The notes beneath the pieces were generated by a model. It had not been told where the DNA came from. It saw nothing but the letters and a program-made list of their open reading frames with translations, and did not search any database. A stretch of DNA of 64,000 nt, taken from positions 26,433 through 90,432 of the forward strand of contig CAXXVK010000019.1 in NCBI GenBank assembly GCA_963676915.2, given 5' to 3'. The translations under genes and the position numbers were made by a program. Origin of the DNA: Myxococcota bacterium (GTDB taxonomy: Bacteria; Myxococcota_A; SURF-8; G963663525). Positions 1 to 10,950 of this stretch are shown piece by piece. How positions within the stretch are numbered: the stretch's first letter is position 1; every line of letters begins with the position of its first letter.

Positions 1-178
1 CGGCATTGACGGCAACTACGAAATCGCCGGTGTCCACATGGGGCGTGAACGTCGGTTTGTTTTTTCCTCTTAATACCATGGCGATTTGGCTGGCGACACG
101 ACCGAGGGTTTTCCCTTCGAGATCGACGACATACCATTCGCGTTCCACTTCGCCGGGTTTGGCGCTATAAGTCTTCAA
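1..178 (-). CDS. rplM: 50S ribosomal protein L13 (5' part, runs off the window start)
   Basis: Manual translation from TTG at 178: [59 protein letters not shown]; GGAGG SD just upstream. Not in the ORF track. Confidence 0.97.
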   Translation of the reverse strand, partial: MKTYSAKPGEVEREWYVVDLEGKTLGRVASQIAMVLRGKNKPTFTPHVDTGDFVVAVNA

Positions 179-247
179 GATAACCTCCTTCATTACCGTG
201 ACGCAACCTCGGCGTTCGAATCGCCCGGTCACGCTTCGAGAGGGCAT

Positions 248-276
248 TTATTACAGGAAGGCTCTTTTTCTGTCAA
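248..276 (-). promoter_or_regulatory. Putative sigma70 promoter of rplM
   Basis: Minus strand TTGACA (276-271), 17-nt spacer, TAATAA (253-248). Confidence 0.5.
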
Positions 277-399
277 GCCTTTTGTCATTATTTATCCATA
301 ACTTTCGAAGATTTCCGCTCCTTTTTCCTTCTCTTCGAAGCCAACGGGTCAAAAGAGACGAAAAAGGCTCGAAAACTTTCGTATTTCTCCCGGTTCCGT

Positions 400-2403
400 T
401 TACCAAGATGGCAGCACTTCCATTTTGTCTTTGCTGCCGAAAATCGAACAGGCGCTACGGAATTGACCGGTACAAAGGCCGAAATTCGTGGGGTTCAAGT
501 CGCCCACTTCCTCACCCATCATTTTGATTTTCGTGCCTTGGAAAAACAGCCGTGTAGGCTCGGTCGGTTGATCCTCTTCTTCGCCTTTCATACGTACGAA
601 AGCTCGAGGATTGGTCAGCACCCAGGTCAGGCTTTCCGGCTCCAGGTATTCGAAATCATAGTTGTCGTTGAACGGAATCGGGAATTCTTTCCATTCGCCG
701 TCCGGCATTTCATCGTCTTTTACGCGGCGCATGTAAGGACGCGGAAATTCGATGTAAATTTCATTGCGTTCCGGTTCGAAGCGCAACGAGCAGAGCATGG
801 CATACGATCCCGAGCAGAGGTACAATTCGCCAGTCGAGGACAACTCGCCCACATCGTCTCCATCGAACTGCAATACGCCCGAACCGGATACGGGATCGAG
901 CGCCAAAGCGTTGGTGAATTCCGCATCGCTACGAATGATCACACGAACCATGGTTTGACCGTTTTGAGAAGCGGTCTGGGCGCGGTAATAGGATTCGTTG
1001 GGTCCGAAAAGCTGGGCTTCGGCCCAGGAAATCGTCGGTTCGGGATCGGGCTCGGGGATGATATCCTCTTCTTCTTCGGTAGGATCTTCCACCGGATCGG
1101 GTTCGTCGACCGGGGTTTCGTCTTCGATCACGCCATCCTCGTTTTCGGGGGGCAGTTCCGTTTCGTCGGGCACGTCCGGCGGCATTTCGTCTTCGGCTTC
1201 CTCATTGTTGACAACACCGGTTTCCAGTAGGTCTTCCCGGATTTCCACATCCATGATCAGCGGTTGAGACAGGTAGTATCCGAACGTCCAATGCTGCACC
1301 CAGGCCAGCGTCATGCAACTGTAGCCGTTAACGCCCCAGCCCGTGCCCCAGGAATTCTTGATGATGAAGCACATGCCGCCTTCTTCGGGCATGTTAGGCA
1401 GCTTTTTGTAGCCGACGATCAGGTAAGCATGTCCCGGAGCGTGGCTGGTGTCGCCGGACTGGTCCGAGTCCGCCAGGGTGATCAGGCCGCTGTTGCGCTC
1501 CCAGTTTCCGCTGAGCGGACTTGCGTAAGGCACCGGAAGCTTTTCGCTTTCGAGTCGATCGACGATTTCCTGCGGCGTCGTGGCGTACTCCAGGCCGAGG
1601 ATGCGTACCGCACCGTTGGAACAGCTCGAAATCTGTGGCGACTGCACATCGTTGTCGCCCAGCGAGGCGTTGTACGGGCAGTCGGTTTCCGTGGGAATAT
1701 CCAGGTCGTTATTGCCGGAACTCGCGCTGAACCCGGTTCCATACCAAGAACCTTGTTCGTCGGTCGTGCATCCCGTTTCCTGGCAGTCGGGCTTGCTCAT
1801 CCAGTAAAAACGTTGCTCGGATAGATCGATCGTTCCCAACTCCGGGTATTTGCCGAGCACGGTGTATTCCAGATGTCCAATGCCGGTGAAGGCGGCGCAG
1901 GTTCCGCGATATCCTTGATTTCGCACGGGAATCGCATCGAGATTGTCGATGTAGAACTCCTCCTGCAAGGAGTCCAAATCTACGTTGTCGCTGGAATCCT
2001 TGCGAACCATCGTTCCCGCTTTGGCGGTAGCGGCCCATTCTTCGAAAGAAAACCGCACGTATTTATCGGGATCGAGGTTTTTACGCGGAATGACGGTCTT
2101 TTTGAGGAGTTTGATCGTTTCCTCACCAGGGGCGGCGCGTTCCGTGTCGATGTCTTCCGAGAGGATTTTTTTTCGTGCCGAGCCGGTGGCTTGCGCGTCG
2201 TCGATGGCCCAGTCCATGACTTTTTTAATCGATTCCACATCGGTTTTCGGAGCGCTGGCAAAATCTTTGCGTATGTAATCGAACGCGCTTTCGCCGGTCA
2301 ATTCCACTTCGCCGTCATCGGCGCAGCCCCAAGCCGTAATGAGGATCAATCCCAGAAAAATAAAAGACAACGGGATAATTCCCCCGAAATAACGCTGTTT
2401 CAT
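400..2403 (-). CDS. Papain-family (C1A) cysteine peptidase, lipoprotein
   Basis: Lipobox TAWGC; catalytic motifs RNQGYRGTCAAF, GHAYLIVGY, IIKNSWGTGWG; acidic Pro-rich linker followed by a C-terminal domain. Confidence 0.9.
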   Translation of the reverse strand: MKQRYFGGIIPLSFIFLGLILITAWGCADDGEVELTGESAFDYIRKDFASAPKTDVESIKKVMDWAIDDAQATGSARKKILSEDIDTERAAPGEETIKLLKKTVIPRKNLDPDKYVRFSFEEWAATAKAGTMVRKDSSDNVDLDSLQEEFYIDNLDAIPVRNQGYRGTCAAFTGIGHLEYTVLGKYPELGTIDLSEQRFYWMSKPDCQETGCTTDEQGSWYGTGFSASSGNNDLDIPTETDCPYNASLGDNDVQSPQISSCSNGAVRILGLEYATTPQEIVDRLESEKLPVPYASPLSGNWERNSGLITLADSDQSGDTSHAPGHAYLIVGYKKLPNMPEEGGMCFIIKNSWGTGWGVNGYSCMTLAWVQHWTFGYYLSQPLIMDVEIREDLLETGVVNNEEAEDEMPPDVPDETELPPENEDGVIEDETPVDEPDPVEDPTEEEEDIIPEPDPEPTISWAEAQLFGPNESYYRAQTASQNGQTMVRVIIRSDAEFTNALALDPVSGSGVLQFDGDDVGELSSTGELYLCSGSYAMLCSLRFEPERNEIYIEFPRPYMRRVKDDEMPDGEWKEFPIPFNDNYDFEYLEPESLTWVLTNPRAFVRMKGEEEDQPTEPTRLFFQGTKIKMMGEEVGDLNPTNFGLCTGQFRSACSIFGSKDKMEVLPSW

Positions 2404-2912
2404 TCGTTTTCTCCCTGATTTGTCTATTCATTGGTGAAACATACGGACGTATTCAATGATACTGTTACGGATTGGAAATGCAACCTCGGAGCTTCTATAA
2501 ATGCATTTTCATCCCCAAATGGGTGTGAATTTTTTTGTAGGAAAACATCCTATTCCTGTTTCTTGCATTTTCGGAGCAACAATTGCTAGTATTCATTATC
2601 AAAACAGATAATGTTCTGATTCCAGATGGTTACGTGAAATATGATGGGGCAGGATTGTATCCTGCCCCCAAACGTTTCGATTCAGGTTGAAAACCTGAAC
2701 CAACGGATTTCGTGCGAGAAGTGCCATTTTCCCACATCTCATTCACACCCTCCCCAAATGTTCATTTGCGAAAAAAGAAAAACCCGGTTTCGTGGATCAT
2801 TGGAACCGCAAAACCGGGCGCACCAATTGTCGAACGAGAGTCTTGTTCGACCTCACCGAACGGAGGATGGAACCTGTCCATCACATCCTATGGTAAACGT
2901 TGCTTAAAAAGA

Positions 2913-3311
2913 TCAGGAAACCTTGGTTACGACCTCGAATTCCGGAGGATCGAGAATGGTTTTCTTCACGGCGCACTGGTCGGCGACGCGAACGAGGGCC
3001 GAATGGTATTTTTCGGGAAATTCCGGCGGTACCTGAATCTCGATCTGGATTTTTTCGAGCCGGGTGCCTTTCTCGTTCCATGCCATCTTCTGGATGAGTC
3101 GTACGCCCTCGGTTGGGATCTGCCGAGCTTCCATGAAACGAAGCACGTAAATTCCGGCGCAGGTGCCGATAGACCCAAGAAAATGCATGTAGGGTTCCGG
3201 GGCGCTGCCTTCACCACCGCTTTTCACCGACTGGTCCGTCTCGATGACCGTATCCTGAAACGTCGCATTGATTTTCGCGCCGCCTAAAAACTCGATAATC
3301 ATTTCCATCAT
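2913..3311 (-). CDS. OsmC/Ohr family protein
   Basis: [29 protein letters not shown]...[10 protein letters not shown] with two conserved Cys; start moved to ATG 3311. Confidence 0.88.
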   Translation of the reverse strand: MMEMIIEFLGGAKINATFQDTVIETDQSVKSGGEGSAPEPYMHFLGSIGTCAGIYVLRFMEARQIPTEGVRLIQKMAWNEKGTRLEKIQIEIQVPPEFPEKYHSALVRVADQCAVKKTILDPPEFEVVTKVS

Positions 3312-3479
3312 GTCAGCCTTCCTTTCTCTTTTCCCTTTAGCCTTTCGGTCATAGAACCGAAAAAATTTTATTTTCACTCTTTTCGAACCACCTTGAAGCG
3401 AAACGGTTGCGAAAAAAATGAAATTGCGCAAGGATTCGCTATTGTATGGATTCGATCCGAAAATCAAAGGAGTTTATTT

Positions 3480-4448
3480 ATGTTTCCTACCCATCGCCCA
3501 AGACGACTGAGGGAACATCCCCTGATGCGGGAATTTGTTCGTGAAACACGGCCTCGGCCCGAAGACTTCGTGTATCCGGTTTTCGTTAAAGAAAATCTGA
3601 AAGGTAAAGAGCCTATCGATGCCATGCCCGGACAATTTCGCCACGGCATCGACTCTCTGCTTCAGTGTCTCGACGAGGCGGTGGAAGCCGGAGTCAAAGC
3701 GACGATCCTTTTCGGAATTCCCGACCAAAAGGACGAGCAGGGCAGGGGGGCATGGGAAGAGGACGGCATCGTTCAGCAAGCCTTGAAAGCCTTGAAAAAA
3801 CGAGACTTTCCCCTGTTGCTGATGGCCGATACCTGCTTGTGTGAATATACCTCGCACGGCCATTGCGGCGTGGTTCATGAAGGTAGGGTGCTCAATGACC
3901 CATCGTTGCAACTCCTGGCGCGCACGGCGTTGTCTCAGGCGCAGGCCGGGGCGGATGTGATTGCGCCCAGCGACATGATGGACGGCAGGATTGCCGCGAT
4001 TCGGGCGATTCTCGACGAAAACGGCTTCGATTTCCTCCCCATCATTTCCTATGCCGTAAAATATGCCAGTGCGTATTACGGACCGTTTCGTGAGGCTGCC
4101 GGGTCGGCTCCCCAGTTCGGCGATCGTCAAGGCTACCAGATGGACCCCGCCAACGCTCGGGAAGGTCTGCGGGAAGCGGCTTTCGATGTCGAAGAAGGCG
4201 CGGACGTGTTGATGGTCAAGCCTGCTCTGGCCTATTTGGACGTGCTTCATTCCTTACGTGAGCGTTTCGATGTACCGTTGGCGGCCTACAATGTCAGTGG
4301 CGAGTACGCGATGATCGAGTTCGCGGCGAAGGCCGGAGCGATTGACCGGGAACGTGTGGCCCGTGAAACGCTGCTTTCGATTCGTAGAGCCGGAGCGGAT
4401 ATGATCTTCACCTATCATGCGCCGGAAGCGGTGAAGTGGTTCAAGTGA
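3480..4448 (+). CDS. hemB: Porphobilinogen synthase (delta-aminolevulinate dehydratase)
   Basis: [20 protein letters not shown] Zn site, [23 protein letters not shown]; AAGGAG SD before ATG 3480. Confidence 0.97.
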   Translation: MFPTHRPRRLREHPLMREFVRETRPRPEDFVYPVFVKENLKGKEPIDAMPGQFRHGIDSLLQCLDEAVEAGVKATILFGIPDQKDEQGRGAWEEDGIVQQALKALKKRDFPLLLMADTCLCEYTSHGHCGVVHEGRVLNDPSLQLLARTALSQAQAGADVIAPSDMMDGRIAAIRAILDENGFDFLPIISYAVKYASAYYGPFREAAGSAPQFGDRQGYQMDPANAREGLREAAFDVEEGADVLMVKPALAYLDVLHSLRERFDVPLAAYNVSGEYAMIEFAAKAGAIDRERVARETLLSIRRAGADMIFTYHAPEAVKWFK

Positions 4449-4628
4449 CGAAGGTTGCCCGAATTTGAAAAAATAGGTGCACCAAACTTTTGTCGCCGAA
4501 ATGGTTGAACATGCAGTTTTCGTGAGCAATTTAGTTAAATAGAACGGATGTTATGGGTTTGAAATTTTTTGGTGACGAATTGTGCAAAACCTTTAGAAAT
4601 TAAAGAGAAATCGAATAGGAGTTCTAAA

Positions 4629-5162
4629 ATGAGCATTACCACCAAGACCGGCGACCGTGGACAGGCGAGTATTTATTCCGGGGAACGTGTTTCGAAAAAC
4701 TCCGATCGATTGGAAGCGATTGGGACGGTCGATGAGCTTGTGTCCATTCTGGGGATTGCCCGCTGTCACAGCAAAGAGTCCGTAACCGAAGAAGCGGTTT
4801 TGTACCTGCAACGAATGTTGTTTACCTTTGCGTCCGAATTGGCTACGTCAGCGGAAAAACTGGAGAAACTGTCCAAACGCCTGGATCAGGACGCCATGGA
4901 CGAGCTTGACCGCCGTCGTGACAAACTCGAAGCCGAAACGACCTTGCCCAACGGATTCATAGTTCCCGGAGGTAATTTGGGATCGGCCCATCTGGACCAC
5001 GCTCGTACGGTGGCAAGGAGAATCGAGCGTCGGGTTGTGGGGATGAACGAAGCCGGTATTCTCCCCAATCCTGTCGTACTTTCCTGGATCAATCGCCTGT
5101 CGGATTACTTGTATTTGCTGGCAAGAACGGAAGAGGACAAACCGTTGCTGGTAAAATTTTAA
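4629..5162 (+). CDS. PduO-type ATP:cob(I)alamin adenosyltransferase
   Basis: ITTKTGDRG, GTVDEL, ARTVARRIER, NRLSDYLYLLAR. Confidence 0.92.
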   Translation: MSITTKTGDRGQASIYSGERVSKNSDRLEAIGTVDELVSILGIARCHSKESVTEEAVLYLQRMLFTFASELATSAEKLEKLSKRLDQDAMDELDRRRDKLEAETTLPNGFIVPGGNLGSAHLDHARTVARRIERRVVGMNEAGILPNPVVLSWINRLSDYLYLLARTEEDKPLLVKF

Positions 5163-5199
5163 CGAATTGTAGAGAATGAACTGAGATTCCCGTAATCGG

Positions 5200-5952
5200 T
5201 TACATCAAAAACTGTTCGTGATCGCGTCCCTTGAATTGGAGCACGCCTTCTTTCGAGGATTGATAGAAATCCTGCAACTTCATGAAATCCGGGTCGTTTC
5301 GGAAAGATGACGTATCGCCGTCCGTGCCGATCGTTCGTAAAATGTCGCTAATCTGCTCGATGCGGTTTTCCGGGAAACCTCGTCGATGAAGTCCGACCTC
5401 GTTGATATCCACCAGGAAAGCCCGATCTCCGCGAGCCATGGCGTAGTGGGGAACATCGAAACGCACCATGGCTCCCGCTCCGACGAACGCGCTTTCTCCG
5501 ATACGAACGTACTGATGGATTCCCGCCAGCCCGCCGAAATGGGCAAAACGGAAAACCTCGACATGACCCGCTAGTTGGACACTGTTGGACATGATGATAT
5601 CGTCGGCCAGCTTGCAGTCGTGTCCGACGTGAGAATAAGCCATGAGGTAGTTGCGGTCGCCGATGATCGTCGAGCCGCCGCCGTGGATCGTTCCCCGATG
5701 AATCGTGGAAAACTCACGGATCACGTTTCCCGTACCGATCACGACCTCGGTGGCTTCATCCCGGTATTTCAAATCCTGGGGATGCGCTCCGATAACGACA
5801 TGATGACTGATGTGATTGAGAGAGCCGATGGTTACGCGCCCCTCGATGACGCTGTAAGCTCCAACAGTGGTTCCGGCTCCGATTTCTACATCATCGCCGA
5901 TTATTGCGGTTGCATCGATTTTCGCACTGGCGTCGATTTTTGGCGACATCAC
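5200..5952 (-). CDS. lpxA: Acyl-ACP--UDP-N-acetylglucosamine O-acyltransferase
   Basis: Hexapeptide repeats; PQDLKY, IREFSTIHRGT, MAYSHVGHDC, LAGHV, HQYVRIG. Confidence 0.95.
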   Translation of the reverse strand: MMSPKIDASAKIDATAIIGDDVEIGAGTTVGAYSVIEGRVTIGSLNHISHHVVIGAHPQDLKYRDEATEVVIGTGNVIREFSTIHRGTIHGGGSTIIGDRNYLMAYSHVGHDCKLADDIIMSNSVQLAGHVEVFRFAHFGGLAGIHQYVRIGESAFVGAGAMVRFDVPHYAMARGDRAFLVDINEVGLHRRGFPENRIEQISDILRTIGTDGDTSSFRNDPDFMKLQDFYQSSKEGVLQFKGRDHEQFLM

Positions 5953-5969
5953 TTCACCTCATTCCTACA

Positions 5970-6983
5970 CTACTCGTGATTCGTGTCACCCCCGCAGTTC
6001 TTTGGTTGTACCATATTCTTTAGAAGGTCTTGAAGCTTTTTCCACTCTTTGTGATGCATTGCCGGATATCCGGTGTACACGGCGTGGGCGGGAACGTCGC
6101 GGGTGACCCCGGATTTTCCCCCGACTACAGCCCCTTCACCAATGTGCAGATGGTCCGAAACGCCTACCTGGCCTGCCAAGGTAACGTGATGATCCAACTC
6201 GACCGAACCTGCAAGACCCACTTGGGCCACCAGCAGACAATCGCTTCCCACGAAGCAATTATGGCCGATTTGGATCAAATTATCCGTTTTCGTTCCACGA
6301 CCGACCACCGTTTCCCCGAACGTTGCCCGATCCACGCAGGCGTTGGCTCCGATTTCCACATCGTCCTCGATGCGCACGATACCCAACTGCGGGATTTTCT
6401 CGTAGCGACCGTTTTCGTTGCGTGCGAAACCGTAGCCGTCCGCGCCGATCCGGCAGCCATCCTGCAAAATTACGCGGTTACCGATGCGGCAGTTTTCACG
6501 AACGGTGACGTGGGAATGAAACAGGCAGTTTTTGCCGATATGTACGTCTTTTCCAATATAGACGTGGGATACCAGCCGACACCCGGAGCCTAGGACCGTG
6601 CCTTCGTCGACGTGGCAAAACGGACCTATGGAGACGTTTTCACCCACTGTCGCTTTTTCATGGATAAAAGCCGAAGGATGGCGCTCGGAGACGGTTGGAA
6701 CAGGTTCGGACAAAGCTTGCATGAGGCGGGCGAACGCCAGATGCGGATCGTCCACGACAAGCTGATTGGCCAAGATGTTGCTCAGTTCTGTTCCGCAAAG
6801 AATCGCCCCGGCTTTCGTGGCGCTCAATGCGGCTGTAAAGCGTTCGCCGATATAGAAAGAGGTATCCGACGGTCCCGCCTTTTCCAAAGGTGCGAAACGT
6901 TCGATGCGGAACCGCGAATCCCCAATGACGCGACCGCCCAGTTTTTTTGCGGCTTCGGCCAGCGTCAGCGATCGGCGTTTCAT
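5970..6983 (-). CDS. lpxD: UDP-3-O-(3-hydroxyacyl)glucosamine N-acyltransferase
   Basis: IGADGYGF, KIPQLGIVRIEDDVEIGANACVDR, KTDNLIQIGHN. Confidence 0.95.
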   Translation of the reverse strand: MKRRSLTLAEAAKKLGGRVIGDSRFRIERFAPLEKAGPSDTSFYIGERFTAALSATKAGAILCGTELSNILANQLVVDDPHLAFARLMQALSEPVPTVSERHPSAFIHEKATVGENVSIGPFCHVDEGTVLGSGCRLVSHVYIGKDVHIGKNCLFHSHVTVRENCRIGNRVILQDGCRIGADGYGFARNENGRYEKIPQLGIVRIEDDVEIGANACVDRATFGETVVGRGTKTDNLIQIGHNCFVGSDCLLVAQVGLAGSVELDHHVTLAGQVGVSDHLHIGEGAVVGGKSGVTRDVPAHAVYTGYPAMHHKEWKKLQDLLKNMVQPKNCGGDTNHE

Positions 6984-6987
6984 GGCG

Positions 6988-7521
6988 TTATTTCTTGGTT
7001 TTCTTGGCTTTGAATTTTTCGTCGTACCGGCGGATCAACTCGTTGGTCAGATCGTGCTTGCTCGGAGCATAGATAATGCCGGACGTGGATTTTTCAAGAA
7101 TCAGCTTATAGCCCTGCGTTTCCCCGATGTTGCGGAGAATATTGTACATCTTCTCGAAAATGGGACGGGTCGCCAGATCTTCTTTGGACTTCAACTCTTT
7201 TTCGAGATCCATGAAGGTTTTTTGCAGAACCATCAATTCCCGCTGCAATTCTTCTTCTTGGCGTCGTTGCTCGTCTGCCGTAAGAAGTTCTTTTTTGCGC
7301 TGATAATCCTCGGTTTTTTTCTTCAGACCTTCTTGTTCTTTGTCCAAAAACGTCTGTTTTTCATCGAAGTATTTTTTCAACTCGGCTTTGGCCGATTTGC
7401 CTTCTTCGACTTCCAGCAGCGCCCGCTGAAGATCCACGTACCCGATTTTTTCTTCAGCAGCCCAGGCGAAAGACGGAATCAGAAGGGCGAACAAAACCAA
7501 CCATATCGTGCTCCGAAGCAT
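6988..7521 (-). CDS. skp: OmpH/Skp periplasmic chaperone
   Basis: Signal peptide, KIGYVDLQRAL, coiled coil, GYKLILEK..IIYA...DLT; directly upstream of lpxD. Confidence 0.9.
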   Translation of the reverse strand: MLRSTIWLVLFALLIPSFAWAAEEKIGYVDLQRALLEVEEGKSAKAELKKYFDEKQTFLDKEQEGLKKKTEDYQRKKELLTADEQRRQEEELQRELMVLQKTFMDLEKELKSKEDLATRPIFEKMYNILRNIGETQGYKLILEKSTSGIIYAPSKHDLTNELIRRYDEKFKAKKTKK

Positions 7522-7873
7522 TGCAATCCTCCCGCAAATTCGGAAATGAAATTCGTAACGATCTTTGTACTACGCCGTTCTTTCTAGCGTTTCGCCCGAT
7601 GGGTTGCAAGAAAAAAGCGTGGGCGTGGAATTTATCGATCCATTTACAAACAATTCTTGCTAAATTGCCAATGATGGATCATTTGAAAAACAAACCGACG
7701 AAAATTCCTCCTTTCGACAGTTGATTAAACCCACGTTTCTGCTACCATGAAAAACTTCAGAATGTTTTCAAGTGGCGATCTTCATCGGGATACGGACTTT
7801 CATATTGTCCTCGTTAGACTGTTGAAGCTGCAAACGTGTTGGTATTACAGAGAAATTTTAGAAGAGTGTGCTT

Positions 7874-8362
7874 ATGGCTGAATATTCCATCGATTTTCTG
7901 GAGCCTGAAGTTCTTGGCGTGGAAGGACGTATCGGACTGACGGTTCTGCCGCAAAGCGAACAAGACATCGCCCGACTGAAAAACGAATTTGCCGTGGATC
8001 GATTGATTACGCTCATCGAGTACAAGTACCAGGCGACGGCTATCTGGCAGTGGGCGCATCAGGCTCGGATGATCAACGAATGGTTCGCTATCGATGACTT
8101 CGACGTTCCGTCCGATATGGACGCCTACACCGAGTTGATCGAAGGGATACTGGAAGCGTTGGAAGACGGCGAAACCGTGGCAATTCATTGTCTCGCTGGA
8201 TTGGGACGTACCGGTATGGTGGCGGCAAGTTGTCTGGTGGCATTGGGAAGGGAACCGAAGGAAGCGATCAAGATGCTTCGTGAGGTGCGCAGAGGGTCCG
8301 TGCAGACGAAAGCCCAGGAAAAGTTTGTCCAAAAATTCCAGAAAGCCTGGTCCAAACGATAA
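7874..8362 (+). CDS. Dual-specificity / CDKN3-like protein phosphatase
   Basis: PTP loop IHCLAGLGRTG; IDDFDVP general-acid loop; RRGSVQT..Q. Confidence 0.9.
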   Translation: MAEYSIDFLEPEVLGVEGRIGLTVLPQSEQDIARLKNEFAVDRLITLIEYKYQATAIWQWAHQARMINEWFAIDDFDVPSDMDAYTELIEGILEALEDGETVAIHCLAGLGRTGMVAASCLVALGREPKEAIKMLREVRRGSVQTKAQEKFVQKFQKAWSKR

Positions 8363-8428
8363 CGAAACGGCGTTGAATCGTCGTTACTACATAAAGGTGT
8401 TCGATTTTTTCTCGAAAGCCTGTTGCCT

Positions 8429-9304
8429 ATGAAATCTATCGATACGAAGTTTTTTAGCCGATACGGCCTGCCGGTGGTGTTGATTCTCATCTTGATTTTG
8501 CTTCTTCCATTTTCCGAGGCTTGGGCGTTTAATGAATTTGAAAGCTGGGAGGAACCTCAGCCGTCAACTCCGAGCCCTACGCCGCAGCCACCACCCCAAA
8601 AAACAGTGGATCAAACCGAGAAAAAAGACACCGAATCGTCAAAAGATGCATCGAAGCATGAGGAGTCTACCGATTCCAAGGCCTCGGAAAAAGAGGATAG
8701 AGAAGGAAAAATTTATCGCATCGGATCGTTCGGGGTGTCGCCGAAATTGGGATATGCCTGGCTGGAAAAGATGGAATCTTCGGAGAATTTCGATGTTCCC
8801 ACCCGTGACGCCTTTAAAGTGATGCTCGACCTGGATTTCGGGGGCGACGGCTTCGGCTTCCGGCTATCTCCCTATTTCAGCTACCAGACCGCCCAGGCTC
8901 GTAAATGCACCACCACGATCTTGAATGGGATTTTACCTTCGCAGAATTGCAGCGATGACGATAAAGTTCCCATTGATTATCATTTTAAAGCTTTGGGTTT
9001 GTATTTTGGCTCTATGTACCGTTTTCGAATCTGGAACATTCACCCAAGCATCGGTTTGGGAACCCAGGCGGCATATTTATGGGACGATAACATCGAGCAT
9101 GGGATAGAGCTTTTCGGTCGTCTTCCGCTGGAAATCCTGTGGTATCCCACCGATCACCTCGCCGTAGTGGTGGAAGTGGCGTTTCTCTACGGAATCACGG
9201 GAATACAAAACAGCAACAAATTGAAAAACTACGCCATCAATCTTGATTTCAACGTAGGGCAGGGCTTTGGAGTGGACGCCTTGGTCGGTATACGTTTTCC
9301 GTAA
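8429..9304 (+). CDS. Secreted protein, probable outer-membrane beta-barrel with a disordered N-terminal linker
   Basis: Signal peptide, Pro/charged linker, alternating amphipathic strands, C-terminal GIRFP. Confidence 0.6.
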   Translation: MKSIDTKFFSRYGLPVVLILILILLLPFSEAWAFNEFESWEEPQPSTPSPTPQPPPQKTVDQTEKKDTESSKDASKHEESTDSKASEKEDREGKIYRIGSFGVSPKLGYAWLEKMESSENFDVPTRDAFKVMLDLDFGGDGFGFRLSPYFSYQTAQARKCTTTILNGILPSQNCSDDDKVPIDYHFKALGLYFGSMYRFRIWNIHPSIGLGTQAAYLWDDNIEHGIELFGRLPLEILWYPTDHLAVVVEVAFLYGITGIQNSNKLKNYAINLDFNVGQGFGVDALVGIRFP

Positions 9305-9337
9305 CCCGTAACTTTTTAGTGGATGCTCAAGGGGAGT

Positions 9338-10114
9338 TTATTGAGGTTGGCGAATCACGAACTCCCGACTGCACCGAGGGCATTCGATACGGAGTGATTC
9401 CTGACCCTCCCACAACTCTTCCTGTTGCGAAATCGGTAAGGATGTCAGCATGTTGAGCACGTACTCATCCGTACAGAGGCATTCGTAGAACATCCGGTGT
9501 TCGGCTAGACGGGTCAGTTTTTCATCTTCGAGCAGTTTTTCCACAAGGTTTAGCAACTCTTCGGCTGAAGCCTCTTGCAATTCTTCTAAATGACCTTCGG
9601 GCATGGACTGAAACAGCACGCCTTTCGCCGTGGTCGGGTCGAGAGCGATTCGACATTCCCTTTGCTCGCTGGTTTCAAAATATTGCTCGAACACTCGTAC
9701 GGGATCGCCGCCTTTTTTCGGAAGAAAACTGGACTGGCTCGGTTGTTCACCGGTTTTGGCTCGCTGTACGGTGACCATCCATTCCTTGCGGGTGGTGGGC
9801 AAGTGACGGGCGACGATCATTCCTTGAGGCTCGGCAGCCACGAAAAATCCCGTACCGATATCGAGCTTGGAGTCCGGCGTATTGATGGAAAACGCCCAGG
9901 AGAACGGGTCCGGCTGGGAACAGGCTGTCAACGCTGCAAGACAGGCCAAAGCGTCGAGTGTCTCGCCGTGGTTTTGTGAATCGATGCCGTGGTGGGCTTC
10001 ATATTCTTTACGACCCCGAAGCAACTCCGAGAAAGTCCCTTTGACCACAATCAGGTTCTTTTCTTTCCACAAATAGCGTTCCACGGGAGCTAAAGGGATG
10101 CCATCGAAGTTCAT
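9338..10114 (-). CDS. Hsp33 (HslO)-like redox-regulated chaperone, divergent
   Basis: YFETSEQ, GVLFQSMP, C-terminal CLC...CPRC zinc motif. Confidence 0.8.
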   Translation of the reverse strand: MNFDGIPLAPVERYLWKEKNLIVVKGTFSELLRGRKEYEAHHGIDSQNHGETLDALACLAALTACSQPDPFSWAFSINTPDSKLDIGTGFFVAAEPQGMIVARHLPTTRKEWMVTVQRAKTGEQPSQSSFLPKKGGDPVRVFEQYFETSEQRECRIALDPTTAKGVLFQSMPEGHLEELQEASAEELLNLVEKLLEDEKLTRLAEHRMFYECLCTDEYVLNMLTSLPISQQEELWEGQESLRIECPRCSREFVIRQPQ

Positions 10115-10450
10115 GATTTTACCGTCCGTTCGTTACGATATTCCCTGCAAATGAATTCATTCTCAACACGAGGTTTTCTCAACGAAAAACACCGGTTCCG
10201 ACGAGGGCGTCGAAACCGGTGTAAATATTTTTGGCGGTCCAAAGCCTTCCTAGTTGGAACCAAATAGAGGGATGGATTCGGGAAATCAAAGGATTTCAGC
10301 AGACTTTGGAGGATGACCCGAACCGACACAACTATGTCCACCTTCTATCATGAATGGAGAAAATGAAGCAAGTACATTCCTTGAAACTGATGGTTTGTCC
10401 GGAATCTTATTTGTTATCAATGGTTTGCGCGAGTACGTGGAAGCCGTCTG

Positions 10451-10810
10451 ATGAGCGTCACAAGAAAGCCGTTCGAGATGCATTCGTTTTCGGCTGAAAA
10501 AGTCATCGAAATTACAACGGTTATGATCATGAAGTTTACATCCGACTTTGGAGGGAAGCAATTTACAATACCACGTGACATCGGTCATGTGAAGGCGATA
10601 AAGCTGGATAGCTTGTCGAAGAGCGCAGCAGGCATTAATGATTTTGTCGTTGATCGAGGTGAAGTTTCCATGACCGAATGCAATGCAATCCTACTTCAGA
10701 GTCGTCGAACGCTTCAGAGGAATATGAAGGTACTTGTCGAGATGGAATTGATCCAGATTATCAAAGCAGGTTCCACTGATCCACGAAAACGATACAAGGC
10801 GATAATCTAG
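10451..10810 (+). pseudogene. Degenerate fragment ending in a winged HTH, resembling the C-terminus of a Fic-family protein
   Basis: SRRTLQRNMKVLVEMELI...STDPRKRY; no convincing N-terminal domain; AT-richer context. Confidence 0.4.
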
Positions 10811-10950
10811 GTGTTTTTTTGAGCCGTGACAAAGCTGTGACATGTTTTTAATCGCTTTTCGAGATCCATTTTCCTCCTGATCTCACGAGTAAGCTTTGAC
10901 ATACTGACAATGCTTGGGATATCAAGTTCGAGGCTGGTTGTTCTGGCTCC

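Noticed and set aside
2404-2912. Small ORFs or a riboswitch in the long intergenic region
   Set aside because: No recognisable protein motif or conserved RNA signature could be supported by eye.
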